DNA of 64,000 bases, taken from positions 17,176-81,175 of IMG/VR virus record IMGVR_UViG_3300045988_065440; one strand, given 5' to 3'. Below the pieces are notes generated by a model, which saw only the letters and a program-made list of their open reading frames with translations, was not told the origin of the DNA and searched no databases. The position numbers and the translations under genes were made by a program. This stretch comes from a virus. Shown piece by piece: positions 63,295 through 64,000 of the stretch; position 1 is the first letter of the stretch; each line of letters begins with the position of its first letter.

Positions 63295-63534
63295 ATGAAG
63301 TTAATTGATTTAATAGCAGCAATTGGCGGCGATCCTGAAAGTAAAAATAAAATACAGATATGTCACCCGGGCAGAAACCGGGAGAATTACGATACATTCA
63401 ATGCCAGATCGAAGCTGCTGAAACCATTTTACGACTTAGAAGTAAATTGTTTTTTCGCGACAGGAACGGATGTAATCAGAGTTGATTTGGCTTTTGACGA
63501 GAAAGAGGGTGAAGTAGATGAGCAGACTGATTGA
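63295..63534 (+). CDS. hypothetical protein
   Basis: 79 aa. Confidence 0.55.
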   Translation: MKLIDLIAAIGGDPESKNKIQICHPGRNRENYDTFNARSKLLKPFYDLEVNCFFATGTDVIRVDLAFDEKEGEVDEQTD

Positions 63535-63781
63535 TGCAGACAAAATAATTGACTCTCTTGGAAATTCGGATATGGATTTTGCAATAGGTGCAGTTATTGA
63601 CGAACAGCCGACAGTTTTTGATGTGGACAAGGTTATTGAGCAATTAGAAGAATTAAAAATGAGATACTTCCTAACAATTGCAAATACAGGCGATGTAGAT
63701 AAAGATTGTGCTTACAAAAATATTGCAAATACAATTGATAAAGCAATTGAAATCGTGAAAGGTGGTGAAACAGATGAGTAG
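63518..63781 (+). CDS. hypothetical protein (MSRLIDADK family)
   Basis: 87 aa. N-terminus identical to that of the next gene. Confidence 0.55.
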   Translation: MSRLIDADKIIDSLGNSDMDFAIGAVIDEQPTVFDVDKVIEQLEELKMRYFLTIANTGDVDKDCAYKNIANTIDKAIEIVKGGETDE

Positions 63782-64000
63782 ACTGATTGATGCAGATAAG
63801 ATCGATTTTAACGAAGTTTTTGTTGGTGCAAGTGAATTTGCACAAGATACAAGAAATGCGGCACAAATGTTGATTGATAATCAGCCGACAGCTTTTGATG
63901 CGGAAAAAGTTACGGAATCGCTTATGGACAGATTTCGTGTTGTTTCCAATGATGAGGACTTGGAATGGAACAGAGCTATAGATTATGCTATTAAAATCTT
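63774..64000 (+). CDS. hypothetical protein (MSRLIDADK family), partial at window end
   Basis: ATG 63774. Open to the window edge. Confidence 0.5.
   Translation, partial: MSRLIDADKIDFNEVFVGASEFAQDTRNAAQMLIDNQPTAFDAEKVTESLMDRFRVVSNDEDLEWNRAIDYAIKI

Overview
Almost the whole 64-kb window is one tailed dsDNA phage or prophage of low-GC Firmicutes (Clostridia-like) type, with AGGAGG-type Shine-Dalgarno (SD) sites and tightly packed, often overlapping + strand genes. Order of content: (1) an ORF-free 1.45-kb cluster of 3 canonical tRNAs plus several T-loop-bearing tRNA-like elements. (2) Small Cys-rich early proteins and an RNA-repair pair (ATP-dependent ligase-like enzyme plus RtcB). (3) TerL, portal, scaffold, decoration protein, major capsid protein and connector. 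(4) An atypical block of low-complexity, Cys- and Gly-rich proteins with its own promoter and terminators. (5) Fibre/XkdX, head-tail genes, holin, major tail protein, tail chaperones with a -1 frameshift, and a 1904-aa tape measure. (6) A cargo island with a GIY-YIG nuclease. (7) Distal tail protein, a tail fibre with an S74 chaperone domain, and an endolysin. (8) A minus-strand lysogeny/moron block with an orphan LytTR response regulator, secreted proteins, and an XRE repressor with three operators. (9) An early/recombination region with antirepressor, OB-fold protein, SbcC-like ATPase, RecT, MBL hydrolase, SSB remnant, GIY-YIG nuclease, DNA methyltransferase, LexA-like protein and many mini-ORFs. 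The most notable items are: a complete diversity-generating retroelement (DGR: two target genes, Avd, template repeat TR, reverse transcriptase RT) with strictly adenine-specific differences between TR and the variable repeats (VR); a gene whose product ends in a Cas6/RAMP-type glycine-rich loop and which is flanked on both sides by about 1.3 kb of structured, strand-asymmetric A/C-rich non-coding repeats; anticodon-arm-less tRNA-like elements; three copies of a promoter-leader-terminator element in front of late modules; and three candidate -1 recoding sites. No integrase, rRNA or CRISPR array was seen. All functional calls rest on motifs I recognise by eye and on synteny. No database search was run.
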